From Fimbriimonadia bacterium (lineage in GTDB: Bacteria > Armatimonadota > Fimbriimonadia > Fimbriimonadales > JABRVX01): a DNA stretch of 64,000 bases. Below the pieces are notes generated by a model. It did not search any database, had not been told where the DNA came from, and saw nothing but the letters and a program-made list of their open reading frames with translations. Numbering within the stretch: the first letter of the stretch is position 1; each line of letters opens with the position of its first letter. The position numbers and the translations under genes are program-made. This document shows, one piece after another, positions 48,503-57,882 of this stretch. The DNA lies in NCBI GenBank assembly GCA_041483895.1, contig JBGPGO010000012.1, positions 1 to 64,000 on the forward strand. The letters run 5' to 3'.

Positions 48503-49906
48503 ATGGCCTCGGTACGCGTACTTCGCGAGAGGCGGAGCGCCCACGCCGAGAGCGTCCCGCTAATCTTGTCCCCGAAACCCCTGTCGCATATTGTGTGGGG
48601 GCTTGCTTGGCCTGCCGTCACGGTCAACCTGATTCAGACCGTCAACATGTTCGTGGACCGGAGCTTTGTCAGCTCGCTCGGCACCGGCGCGCTGGCGGGT
48701 CATGGGACGGCAACCTCGGTTCTGTTCCTGATGTTTGGGGTTGCGATGGCCCTCGCCCAGGCGGCCACCGCCTTCGTATCCCGGTTCCACGGCGCACAGG
48801 ATGAGGAGCAGACGCAACGGTCCCTTTCCGAATGCCTATCTCTCGCGATGGTGCTGGCGGTGGTTTCCCTCGTATTGGGGTTCCTGCTCATGCATCCGCT
48901 TGTCAATTCCCTACTGGATGCGAAGAGCGCGGGGGCCAGGCTGGCGGCGATCTCTTTTCTTGGGGTGGCGCTGCTCGGGATCCCTGCCACTTACCTTAGC
49001 AATGTGATGGCGGGCGCGCTGCGCGGGGTCGGCGATACGAAGACGCCTATGTACGTGATGACGATCATGGTGTTCATCCACATGTCGGTGTCCTGGATCT
49101 TTATTTTTGGCCACTTTGGCGCGCCGAGGCTGGGGATCGCCGGCGCGGGAGTCGGGCTTGCGGCGTCCCAATGGTCCAGCGTGCTGATGTACGTGCCGCT
49201 GATGGCGCATAGGAATCTGGGACGCATGCGATTTCTGCGCCTGCCGACCAAGGAGTGGGTGCTTCGCATCCTTCGCATCGCCACTCCAACGATGATCCAG
49301 ACGATGTCGCGCAGCATCGGCTTTCTGATCTATATCGCCTTTTTGGACCGCACCCTTGAGGGCGCGAATGCTGTGGCCGCGTTGAACATCGGGACCGTGG
49401 CGGAGAGCATCGCGTTTATGCCGGCGTTCGGATACGCGATGGCGGCGAGCGCGCTGATCGGCCAGTCGCTGGGCGCCGGAGTGCCGGAGCGTGGCGAGCG
49501 GGCCACCTGGATCGCGGCATGGCAGGCGTGCCTCATCCTGACCGTTATGGGCGCGGCCATGTTCTTTTTCGCGCACGTATTCACGTCGATGTTTCCGGTG
49601 CAGGACAAGGCCGTTACGGGCCTTGTCGTTCGGTATCTGCAGATCGCCGCAGTGTGCGAACCCGCTTTCGCATATTCGATGGTGATGACGATGGCGCTCA
49701 ACGGGGCTGGGGACGTGATCCGGTCGGCCTGGATCGTGATCGCCTCGATGTGGTTTGTGCGTTTGCCGCTGGCGTTCGTCTGGGGTCTGCATTATGGCGG
49801 CGGCGCATCGGCTGTCTTTTGGTCAATGACGATCGCTGTGTTCACCGGGGCGATTCAGTCCGTCTGGGTGTTCCGTAGCGGTAAGTGGAAAACGGCGCGG
49901 GTCTAA
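48503..49906 (+). CDS. MATE efflux transporter
   Basis: D..FVS.LG, RGVGDTKTP, LGIAGAG motifs; many TMs. Confidence 0.92.
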   Translation: MASVRVLRERRSAHAESVPLILSPKPLSHIVWGLAWPAVTVNLIQTVNMFVDRSFVSSLGTGALAGHGTATSVLFLMFGVAMALAQAATAFVSRFHGAQDEEQTQRSLSECLSLAMVLAVVSLVLGFLLMHPLVNSLLDAKSAGARLAAISFLGVALLGIPATYLSNVMAGALRGVGDTKTPMYVMTIMVFIHMSVSWIFIFGHFGAPRLGIAGAGVGLAASQWSSVLMYVPLMAHRNLGRMRFLRLPTKEWVLRILRIATPTMIQTMSRSIGFLIYIAFLDRTLEGANAVAALNIGTVAESIAFMPAFGYAMAASALIGQSLGAGVPERGERATWIAAWQACLILTVMGAAMFFFAHVFTSMFPVQDKAVTGLVVRYLQIAAVCEPAFAYSMVMTMALNGAGDVIRSAWIVIASMWFVRLPLAFVWGLHYGGGASAVFWSMTIAVFTGAIQSVWVFRSGKWKTARV

Positions 49907-49919
49907 TCATGCGTTTTCG

Positions 49920-50083
49920 GTAGCCGCAGTTTCTCATTGCAATATCCCCGGCACTGCAGCCCCAAAACCTGCGTGACCACGGTGGACGTTTATGTACGGT
50001 TGGTTTCAAGCAATTCCGAACCTCCCACGCGGGTCTTGTGGTCGTCAATCCGCCACCGATTCAGAACGAGGACCCGCGGCTAC
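49920..50083. repeat. REPIN-like element GTAG...CTAC (family B)
   Basis: Termini GTAGCCGC/GCGGCTAC; shares TGACCACG.TGGACGTT and CTCCCACGCGGGTCTTG with 57614-57882. Confidence 0.75.
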
Positions 50084-50136
50084 GACTCATTCGAGCTTTC
50101 AGCAGGGCATGCGCCAAGAAAAGAGAATGAATCTCC

Positions 50137-51561
50137 ATGGCGCGGATGTTGGCTATCGATATCGGGGCGGAGAGCGGGCGCGGGATTGTGGGGACGCTGG
50201 AAAGCGACCGGCTGACCATTGAAGAGGTCCACCGCTTCCCCAACGGCCCTGTGCAGGAAGCCGACGGCCTGCATTGGGACGGCCGCCGGTTGTTCGAAGA
50301 CGCGCAGGCGGCGATCCGGAAGGCGGGCCCGATCGATAGCATCGGAATCGATACCTGGGGTCTTGATCATGGCTTCATCGACAAGAATGGTGAGTTGCTG
50401 GCAAACCCATTCCATTACCGCGACGCGCGCACGGACGGCGTGATGGAGCAGGTGTTACGGATTGTGCCGAAGGATGAGATTTTCGCCATCACCGGCATCC
50501 AGTTCATGGGGATCAACACGCTGTACCAACTGTATGCGCAGCGCAACGATCCGATGTTGCACAATGCCGACGCGATGCTGCTCATGCCCAACTTGCTGGG
50601 CTATTGGCTGACCGGCGAGGTTTGCAACGAATTCTCTGATGCGACGACGACGCAATGCTATGATCCGCACGCAAAGGACTGGGCTTGGGGATTATTGAAG
50701 CGGCTCGGCATTCCGTCGCATTTTCTCGGAAAGGTTGTTTCGGCAGGCTCTTCGCTGGGTCGCCTGAAACCCGATCTAGGTCTCGGCGATACGATGGTGA
50801 TCAACGTCGCCACGCATGATACAGGCTCCGCGTTCGTTGCCGCGCCGGTCACGTCGCCCAACACCGGCGTAATCAGCTCCGGCACTTGGTCCATCATCGG
50901 CGTGGAATCCGCCGAGCCGGTGATCACGCCGGAAGCTCTTGAGGGCAACCTGTCCAACGAGGGCGGATACGGCAATCGGTTCCGTCTCATCAAGAACATT
51001 ACCGGCCTCTGGATCGTTCAAGAGCTTCGCCGCGAGTGGGGAGACCACACATACGAGGAGCTGACGAAGATGGCGGCGGAGGCCGAGCCGTTCCAGGCCG
51101 TCATCGATCCCGACTATCCGGCTTTCCTCGCGCCGGGCCCGATGGAGGGACGCATCGCCGAATTTTGCCGCGCCACGAATCAAACGATGCCGGTGACGAA
51201 AGGCGCATTGGTTCGGTCCGTGCTGGAAGGTCTTGCGATGAAGTACCGGTATGTGATCGAGCGGTTGGAACATGCGACCGGCCGCCGGATGGAGTGCATC
51301 CAGATCGTCGGGGGAGGCTCCAAGAACCGGCTGCTGTGTCAACTGACCGCCAACGCAACCGGCCGTCCCGTCGCCGCCGGGCCGATAGAGGCGACCGCCA
51401 TCGGCAACCTGATCGTGCAGGCAATATCACTGGGGTTGGTGAACGACCAGGAAGCGGGCAGGCAGATCGTCCGCCGATGCTTCGAGGACGAGCATTATGA
51501 TCCGATCAGGCCGGATGATTGGCAGCAGCCGTATCGGCGGTTGTGTGAACTGAGCGGCTGA
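50137..51561 (+). CDS. rhaB: rhamnulokinase (FGGY family)
   Basis: DIGAESGR, DTWG, YRD, HDT, SGTWS, NEGG motifs. Confidence 0.88.
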   Translation: MARMLAIDIGAESGRGIVGTLESDRLTIEEVHRFPNGPVQEADGLHWDGRRLFEDAQAAIRKAGPIDSIGIDTWGLDHGFIDKNGELLANPFHYRDARTDGVMEQVLRIVPKDEIFAITGIQFMGINTLYQLYAQRNDPMLHNADAMLLMPNLLGYWLTGEVCNEFSDATTTQCYDPHAKDWAWGLLKRLGIPSHFLGKVVSAGSSLGRLKPDLGLGDTMVINVATHDTGSAFVAAPVTSPNTGVISSGTWSIIGVESAEPVITPEALEGNLSNEGGYGNRFRLIKNITGLWIVQELRREWGDHTYEELTKMAAEAEPFQAVIDPDYPAFLAPGPMEGRIAEFCRATNQTMPVTKGALVRSVLEGLAMKYRYVIERLEHATGRRMECIQIVGGGSKNRLLCQLTANATGRPVAAGPIEATAIGNLIVQAISLGLVNDQEAGRQIVRRCFEDEHYDPIRPDDWQQPYRRLCELSG

Positions 51562-53632
51562 TCAATGTATTATCTCCCGGCTGCAGGCTGACGCGGAAGC
51601 GCCATTTGTCCACAAAATCGTCCAAATCCCCAAGCGAAGCCAACGCCTCTTCGGAGACGAGCGACTTGGGAATCTCAAATGCCACGGGTTGGGGCACCTC
51701 GGAATGGAAGGCGAGGCAGACCAGTTTCCCCTTTTCCATCTCGACATCCACGGTGATCCCCGCGATGCCGGCGAGGCCCCGGACTTTGAAATCCGTCATC
51801 GACTTCGGGATGGCGGGCAAAATGTGCATCCCCCCGTCGTCCACTCGCACAAACATCCAGTGCAGCGCGGTCAGCCAAGCCCCGCAGCCGGTCGTAAACC
51901 ACGGCACGATCGGCTCGCCCTTTGCATTAAGACGCTCGTTGGGGGAAAGGAACTGCCCGGCCGCTTCCACACTGGTCCGCACGCACTCCCACGCCCCCGC
52001 GCCATCGCCCAGCGCCGAGTGGCACATGCCGAGGTGCCCGGCGGTCCACATCCAGGATGTATCCTCGAAGCCGTCATTGAATCCCGGTTTCCACCCATGG
52101 TGTGATTTTGCGGCGGCGTGAATAAATCGAACGGTGTTCTTCGCAAATTCGCTCGTCGTGTCCACGGCGAACGGCATGATCAGGCCGGCCACGGATGAAT
52201 GCTGCGGCACGCCGCCGGGGATCACATACTGCTTTGCCGTCGTATCCACCGCCACGGAATCTCGCAGCCGGTGGGCCAAGCGTTCCCATTTTCGGCAGCG
52301 ATCTCGGTCCTTGCCCAATCGCCGGGCGGCCTCCGCCGCGCGCTCCAAGCAGAAGATCGCGGCCCCCATCGTCATCGGACCGCCCGCCACCTCGCCGACC
52401 GATTCGTCGAAATCGGTGCAGGGCTTCGTTCGCAATCTGCCGCCCACCTCTTCCAGCAGGTGATGCTCGAAATAGCGGGCGAGCTCGCGAACCAATGGGT
52501 AGAGATCGTCCAGTTCGTTAAGGTCCTCGCTGTAGAGCCAGAGCCACCAGGCGCTCGCCGCGATCTGACCCAAGTGGAACCGCTCCGTGTACCAATGTCC
52601 GTGCGGGTCCCGCTCTTCCCCGGTCTCCGTCGCGCTCCACGGGAACAACGCTCCGCGGCCCATTGCCCTTTCGATCGCCTTCGGCAGTGTCGTCAACCGA
52701 TAGTAGGGAACGTGCCGCGCAAGCTCTTTATGGCCGCCCGATAACAGGGCAAGAAACGGATACATCTCGTCGTGGAACGTTCCCGCGTCCCAATACGGCT
52801 TGCTCACCGTCGGCGGAATGGACCAGGGAGTCGTTTGGCATCGAATCGTATAGAGGGAGATGGATCGGAATCGGTCCACATCGGGGTCACCAGTCTCGAC
52901 GGACGACCTTGCCCAGAACGCCCGCCAATCCGCCCGATGGCGGCGCAACACTTCATCGAGTCCGTTCGCATCGACGTCGAGTTGGAAGGCGATCCTGCTG
53001 CTAAAGCTGATCCATGTCCGAACAGTTATCGTTTCGCTCGCGGCAAGGTTCCAAAAATGCAGCGCCTCCGCCCCATCGGATCCGATATGGACATCGCCCG
53101 GTCCATCGCTATGGAATGTGATTTTGCCCAGATTGTCATGCGTTTCGAAGTTCAGACCCTCCGAGATGTGCAAGCCGGGATTTGAGCGGCCCCGGCGATC
53201 CGTGAGGCGGTAATCGATCTCGAAGTTGACCGGCAGGGCATCGGAGGATTGGTTGGTCAGCGTGGTTTCGACGAGGAACAGATTTCTTTGAAGGGCGATC
53301 AGCGTTCGGGTGCTCTCCAGAATCGGTCCCTTCAGGGTCTTGCTGCGGACCTCTCCAAGATCGAGATGGAGTATCTGTTCCTGAATCGTTTCTTTCGCAT
53401 CGGAACCGGGATAGTTGAGGGTCCGGCTGATGACGCCGAAGTCGATGAGCGGATGGCGCGCGCCCTCCAACCGGTGGCCGGCCATGACGAAGGACTGAGT
53501 CGCGGTAACCCGCGTGTCCTCGCCTCGGATCGGGGAGTGATAGCCGTATCGGTTGAGAGTTGTGACGAGTTGACCGTTGCCGATCAGGACCGGCACCGGC
53601 CTGTCGGGTCGATCCGTCGAGGAAACCTGCAA
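51506..53632 (-). CDS. GH65-like glycoside hydrolase/phosphorylase
   Basis: IGNG, GALFPW, DE, F.TG.G motifs; TTG start after GGAGG. Confidence 0.7.
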   Translation of the reverse strand: MQVSSTDRPDRPVPVLIGNGQLVTTLNRYGYHSPIRGEDTRVTATQSFVMAGHRLEGARHPLIDFGVISRTLNYPGSDAKETIQEQILHLDLGEVRSKTLKGPILESTRTLIALQRNLFLVETTLTNQSSDALPVNFEIDYRLTDRRGRSNPGLHISEGLNFETHDNLGKITFHSDGPGDVHIGSDGAEALHFWNLAASETITVRTWISFSSRIAFQLDVDANGLDEVLRRHRADWRAFWARSSVETGDPDVDRFRSISLYTIRCQTTPWSIPPTVSKPYWDAGTFHDEMYPFLALLSGGHKELARHVPYYRLTTLPKAIERAMGRGALFPWSATETGEERDPHGHWYTERFHLGQIAASAWWLWLYSEDLNELDDLYPLVRELARYFEHHLLEEVGGRLRTKPCTDFDESVGEVAGGPMTMGAAIFCLERAAEAARRLGKDRDRCRKWERLAHRLRDSVAVDTTAKQYVIPGGVPQHSSVAGLIMPFAVDTTSEFAKNTVRFIHAAAKSHHGWKPGFNDGFEDTSWMWTAGHLGMCHSALGDGAGAWECVRTSVEAAGQFLSPNERLNAKGEPIVPWFTTGCGAWLTALHWMFVRVDDGGMHILPAIPKSMTDFKVRGLAGIAGITVDVEMEKGKLVCLAFHSEVPQPVAFEIPKSLVSEEALASLGDLDDFVDKWRFRVSLQPGDNTLISRSVHTTADTAAANHPA

Positions 53633-53683
53633 GCGAGCCCTCCGTAGTTCGCGAGTCCCCCGATGATACCCCGCGTCGAAGGC

Positions 53684-53823
53684 CGTCATTCCGAGCCGGT
53701 CGAGGAATCGCTTTCTTGTTGAACATGGCTGTCTTTCCGAAGCGAAGCGAGGAATCCCTTTCAGAAGCCTCCAACCATTGACAATCTTCGGAAAGGGATT
53801 CCTCGCTCCGCTTCGGAATGACG
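53684..53823. repeat. GTCATTCCG-type REP cluster (family C)
   Basis: Two forward units and one inverted unit; 32-nt identity with 46645-46676. Confidence 0.85.
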
Positions 53824-53831
53824 ATCCCAAT

Positions 53832-55184
53832 TTATACCGCGAACAGACCCAATAACTCGCAGATATTCTCTTCGTCTTCCAGCGACCATAGGCGGGACAG
53901 GGCCTCGTCAATTTGCCAGGACGACAGCATCTTCTCCGCCATCGAAAGGAACTTGGCATTGACCTCGTCATCGGTCATGGGGTTCAGCGCATGGCCACGC
54001 GGAGCCGCTACTTCGGACACCAGCTTCTCGCCACTTTTCAGAGTGATGGTAACGCGGTTCGGGATGCCGCGCTCGGGGTACATCTCGTTCAGAGACGCAT
54101 CTCCGACGACTTTGACCTTTGCGACGATGTCCAACAGCCTCTCATCCATAAAGCGCGAAGGCGCGAAGCTCTCCTGCGTCACCTCGCCATCGACCAGCGC
54201 GACTACCGTGCAATAGGGCAGGCTGTGGTCGGCGGTCTCCCGGCTCTGCGGACGCCACTTCTCCGGCTCGCCTCCGATGATCTCGACAGCCGCGGTGAAG
54301 GTCTCAATCAGGATGCTTTCTATCTGCGAAGGGTCCGGCACGCGGGGCCGGAGCTCCAACGCGGCATCGATTGCGCTCTGGCTGTGGTATTCGGCGGGAT
54401 ATTTCTTAATATAGGTGCGGTTGATCATGTACCCGTCGCCACCCAGCTTTGCGACGGTGAACGGCTCCCGCGAAACCTCGGCAAAGAACCCCATCTCGCC
54501 CTCGAACACGGGCGCCGGCCCGGTCATCCCTTCCACCGCCAGCAGGGAGGCGAAGACGCCATTTCGGCAGGCATTGGCAAACGCGCAGCCCTTCCACATC
54601 GATAGCTCCCCTACCCGGGTCTGCCGCATCGCGTTATTCGGCACGCCGGCAAGTCCGAACGCATGAACGTACTGATCATGAGAGAAACCCAGTAAATGAC
54701 CGCAGCCAGCAACGGTCGAGAAGCTGCCGTACGTCACATGATCCCAACCCTTGCTCCGAATGGAGTAGGCGTCGCACAGGCGGCACTGCACCTCGTATGC
54801 CGCCACAATCGAGGCAATCAGGTCTTCGCCGTCATTCCCGTTGATCTCCGCGATGGCCAGCACGGCAGCGATGTTGTCGCTCGGATGGGCCGGCTCTTTT
54901 GACAGGTATGTGTCGTTGTAGTCCAGATACCGGAACAGGACTCCATTGGCAAACGCCGCCAAATCCGGGCTGGTGCGATGGTATGTCCCGATAACAGTCG
55001 CTTCCCCAAAGACGGAATGGGCCAGCCGCCTCGCAATTTTCGGAGGTTCGTCGAGATACGCGCCCATCGCGCAGCCCAGCGAATCGATCAGGCGGCGCTT
55101 CGCCTCGTGGGTCGCCTCCTTCGGCAGGTCCTCAAAATCAAGATTCACGCAAAACTCAGCAAATTGATCGGCAAGTGTCGCCAC
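53832..55184 (-). CDS. prpD: MmgE/PrpD-family 2-methylcitrate dehydratase
   Basis: RYLDYND, HPSDN, GWDH, LSMWKG, RETADHSLPY motifs. Confidence 0.9.
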   Translation of the reverse strand: MATLADQFAEFCVNLDFEDLPKEATHEAKRRLIDSLGCAMGAYLDEPPKIARRLAHSVFGEATVIGTYHRTSPDLAAFANGVLFRYLDYNDTYLSKEPAHPSDNIAAVLAIAEINGNDGEDLIASIVAAYEVQCRLCDAYSIRSKGWDHVTYGSFSTVAGCGHLLGFSHDQYVHAFGLAGVPNNAMRQTRVGELSMWKGCAFANACRNGVFASLLAVEGMTGPAPVFEGEMGFFAEVSREPFTVAKLGGDGYMINRTYIKKYPAEYHSQSAIDAALELRPRVPDPSQIESILIETFTAAVEIIGGEPEKWRPQSRETADHSLPYCTVVALVDGEVTQESFAPSRFMDERLLDIVAKVKVVGDASLNEMYPERGIPNRVTITLKSGEKLVSEVAAPRGHALNPMTDDEVNAKFLSMAEKMLSSWQIDEALSRLWSLEDEENICELLGLFAV

Positions 55185-55359
55185 GGGTTTCTCTTCCTCT
55201 CTCGCTGTGAAAATTCTCGCAATTAAGGATACCCGTCCCCGCCGAGTTGCCTGCTTTTGAACCGAAACTCGCAAATTCCGATGGGCCGAACAGTCGCCCG
55301 ATGTGGCTTAAGCCGATTGGCGGATTGCCGCCCCACTGCTTTTTCTTGGAAGGTGAACA

Positions 55360-55566
55360 ATGCAGGTATCTCAGGCGAAGTCCTACGTCGGGCAACGGTG
55401 TGAGATCGTTTCCAGCGATCGACGCGGCGCGGAAGTCCACACGGTTGCCCAGGTTCTCGACGTTATTTACATTCCCATGTACGGTGCGACACTCCTAACC
55501 GACGCAGGGGAAATCTTCTTGGATCGAGTCAGACTCATCAACTCGGAAGTGGCCGCGGCTGCTTGA
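55360..55566 (+). CDS. small hypothetical protein (68 aa)
   Basis: AAGGTG RBS, followed by a terminator-like hairpin. Confidence 0.65.
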   Translation: MQVSQAKSYVGQRCEIVSSDRRGAEVHTVAQVLDVIYIPMYGATLLTDAGEIFLDRVRLINSEVAAAA

Positions 55567-55595
55567 CAGTTTCTCGGCACGCACCTCCTAATGGC

Positions 55596-55623
55596 AGCAG
55601 TCCCGGTGGATACCGGGACTGCT
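55596..55623 (+). terminator. hairpin terminator
   Basis: AGCAGTCCCGGT/ACCGGGACTGCT stem. Confidence 0.6.
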
Positions 55624-55666
55624 TCACTCTTGCAGGTCCCTTGCCATCGCACGCGAATGATAAGGC

Positions 55667-56605
55667 GTGCTTCAAGGAGTGTGGCCTGTTGTCGCGACGC
55701 CGTTTCTTGATGACGGCTCGATCGACGAAGAGTCTCTGATTTCCGAGGTCCGGTTCATGGCCGGTCTCGGCGTTTGCGGTCTCGTGCTTGGCGGGATCAC
55801 GAGCGAGGTGCACAAGCTGTCGACAGAGGAGAAGCGTTCGATTGTTTCACTCACTGCTTCGGAGTTCGGCGGCCGGATGCCACTGGTCGCGGGGTGTGGC
55901 GAGGCTTCGTTTGAGCTGACGCGGGATTCGGTTCATCACGCGGCGTCTTGCGGGGCTTTCGCGGCGATGATTTTTCCTGCCTTCGCGGTCGCCGCCGGTC
56001 CGGGGATGGTGCGGTCACTTTTCGAGTTCTGCTCCGGCTCTCTCCCCTTGATCTTGCAGGACGCTTCCTTTTTTGGCGGCCAACCGTTGGAGCCGTCGAG
56101 CATCGCATCCATCGTCAATGACAATCCTGCGATTGCGGCCATCAAGATCGAGTCGCCGCCATCCGCCACTCGGATGCGCGCCGTCTCCCGGCTTCTCGCG
56201 CGGCCAGTCTCTTTGATTTCCGGTCAGGGCGGGCAGTATCTGACGTACGAGCTTTCTGCGGGCGCGACCGCGCTTTTCCCCGGTCCGGCGTTTCCTCAGA
56301 TCTATTTGCAGTTCTTCCCCCACCCCAGCCCTCCCCCGCAAGCAGGGGAGGGAGTCTCGGAGCCAGATGCGACCGGTCTCCTGACCGAGTCGCAAGCTGT
56401 TTTCCGGTCTCCCGACCGCTCGGAGCTGCCGCTCGGATTGTTGCGATTCATGTTCCAATCCGCCGAGTTTGCCATCGCGTGCTACAAACAGATTTTAGTG
56501 GATAAATCTGTGATTTCGTCGGCGCGCACGAGGCAGCCGGGAGTGGAGTTGGATGCCGAATCGGTGGAGACGCTGCGGCGTCTGGCGCGGGAGGCCGGAG
56601 TATGA
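55667..56605 (+). CDS. dihydrodipicolinate synthase-family aldolase with in-frame palindrome insertion
   Basis: GV.P...TPF..DG.ID, G..SE, catalytic IKIE. Confidence 0.85.
   Translation: MLQGVWPVVATPFLDDGSIDEESLISEVRFMAGLGVCGLVLGGITSEVHKLSTEEKRSIVSLTASEFGGRMPLVAGCGEASFELTRDSVHHAASCGAFAAMIFPAFAVAAGPGMVRSLFEFCSGSLPLILQDASFFGGQPLEPSSIASIVNDNPAIAAIKIESPPSATRMRAVSRLLARPVSLISGQGGQYLTYELSAGATALFPGPAFPQIYLQFFPHPSPPPQAGEGVSEPDATGLLTESQAVFRSPDRSELPLGLLRFMFQSAEFAIACYKQILVDKSVISSARTRQPGVELDAESVETLRRLAREAGV
56317..56354 (+). repeat. C-rich palindromic element (family D) inside a CDS
   Basis: CCCCCACCCCAG-CCCTCCCC-CGCAAGCA-GGGGAGGG-AG. Confidence 0.7.
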
Positions 56606-57606
56606 AAGAGCGCGGCGTGTGGGCCTATCCCTGGGACATGGAGGCCGACCCCGACGCGGGCCGCCGCATGGTGGATTTGGGCCTTACCTACGTTTCGCTG
56701 GCGGTCAAATACCATGCCGTCCGCGCGCTGGCCTATCTGCCTTCCAGACCGAAGATCACGACGCATCGGTCCGGCGGCGACTTTCTAGATTTAGCCACAG
56801 ACATCGCAGAACAAAACGCCAAGATCGGTCTTGCAACGGATGCCTGGACCGTCTGCTTCCACGAGGACCCGCCGCCGGAGGGCCAGCGGATGATCAACTG
56901 TTTCGGCGATGAGTATCCGTGGGCCTCGTGCCCCGCCAACCCCGCCGCCGCCGTACGCATCATCGGTTACATCGAGAATGTTGCGCGCAAAGGAGTCTTT
57001 CGGACGCTGGAGTTGGAGGCGTTTGGCTTCTACGGCCTTGCCCACGGCAGCGAGCATGACAAGGTGGCGCTCACCGACCCGCGTCAGCCGGTGGCGCTAT
57101 CAATCTGCTGCTGCCCATACTGTCAAACATCCCTTGGTGTAAAGCCTGAACATATCCACGATCTGTTTGTTACGACCGATGGACTAGCAACGTACTTGCG
57201 AGATCACGTCGCCCGGCGCTCTGAGGTCGTCAAGAAGAATCTGGGTGTGTTGCGCGGCAGCGTCGGCAAAAGCGTCTGCCTTCGCATGGCGGTCAGCGCG
57301 GACCCACTTCGATTTGGGGCCGAATGCCCAATCTCCCACGTATCGGATGACCTTGACGAACTATCGCTTCCGGTCTGGACGCACAATCCACAGGAGATCG
57401 TTGAGGCGATCCAGTTCGTTGCCTCGCAATCCAATCTTCCGATGACCGCCGGTTTCCAAACCGTTCCACCGTTTTGTCCTGATCCAGTTGCGATTCCCGC
57501 GATAGTAGGTCTCATCAAAGCGGAAAACCCGCACGGAATTTGCGCCTATCACGGCGGCATGATGACGCCGGCCGCAAGAGATTCTTACGCGGCATCACTC
57601 CGATAA
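56602..57606 (+). CDS. hypothetical TIM-barrel-like protein
   Basis: ATGA overlap; YPWD, YH..R, CP.NP, CCCxxC motifs. Confidence 0.7.
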   Translation: MKERGVWAYPWDMEADPDAGRRMVDLGLTYVSLAVKYHAVRALAYLPSRPKITTHRSGGDFLDLATDIAEQNAKIGLATDAWTVCFHEDPPPEGQRMINCFGDEYPWASCPANPAAAVRIIGYIENVARKGVFRTLELEAFGFYGLAHGSEHDKVALTDPRQPVALSICCCPYCQTSLGVKPEHIHDLFVTTDGLATYLRDHVARRSEVVKKNLGVLRGSVGKSVCLRMAVSADPLRFGAECPISHVSDDLDELSLPVWTHNPQEIVEAIQFVASQSNLPMTAGFQTVPPFCPDPVAIPAIVGLIKAENPHGICAYHGGMMTPAARDSYAASLR

Positions 57607-57613
57607 GGTGCCG

Positions 57614-57882
57614 GTAGACGCGGGTCGTCTTTCCGACAACATGGCGAATCGCCGACGCCAAGACCCGCGTGGGAGGCTGGGCAAAGGCGATTCCCATCGA
57701 TATTGCAACATCCACCGTGGTCAAACGCGGGACTTGGAATCGGCAGATGATAAGTTCCGGCAAGACGACCCGCGCCTACGAAGCGCGAATGAATACCCGA
57801 CGACATTGCAACGTCCAACGTGGTCAAACGCGGGTCTTGGAATCGGCAGATGAGAGGTTCCGGCAAAACGACCCGCGTCTAC
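57614..57882. repeat. GTAG REP/REPIN array (family B), three units
   Basis: Forward unit 57614-57670; two inverted 78-bp near-identical units at 57702-57779 and 57805-57882. Confidence 0.88.

Noticed and set aside
47158..48804. 548-aa plus-strand ORF and similar long antisense ORFs (e.g. 30185-31360, 19146-20027)
   Set aside because: Antisense shadows of well-supported genes in GC-rich DNA, with no motifs.
53633..53971. N-terminal extension of the 821-aa ORF
   Set aside because: It runs through a REP cluster and the prpD end; TTG at 53632 has a good RBS.
57614..57882. Possible CRISPR array
   Set aside because: Only 2-3 long units in mixed orientation, no unique spacer series and no cas genes; fits REP/REPIN.
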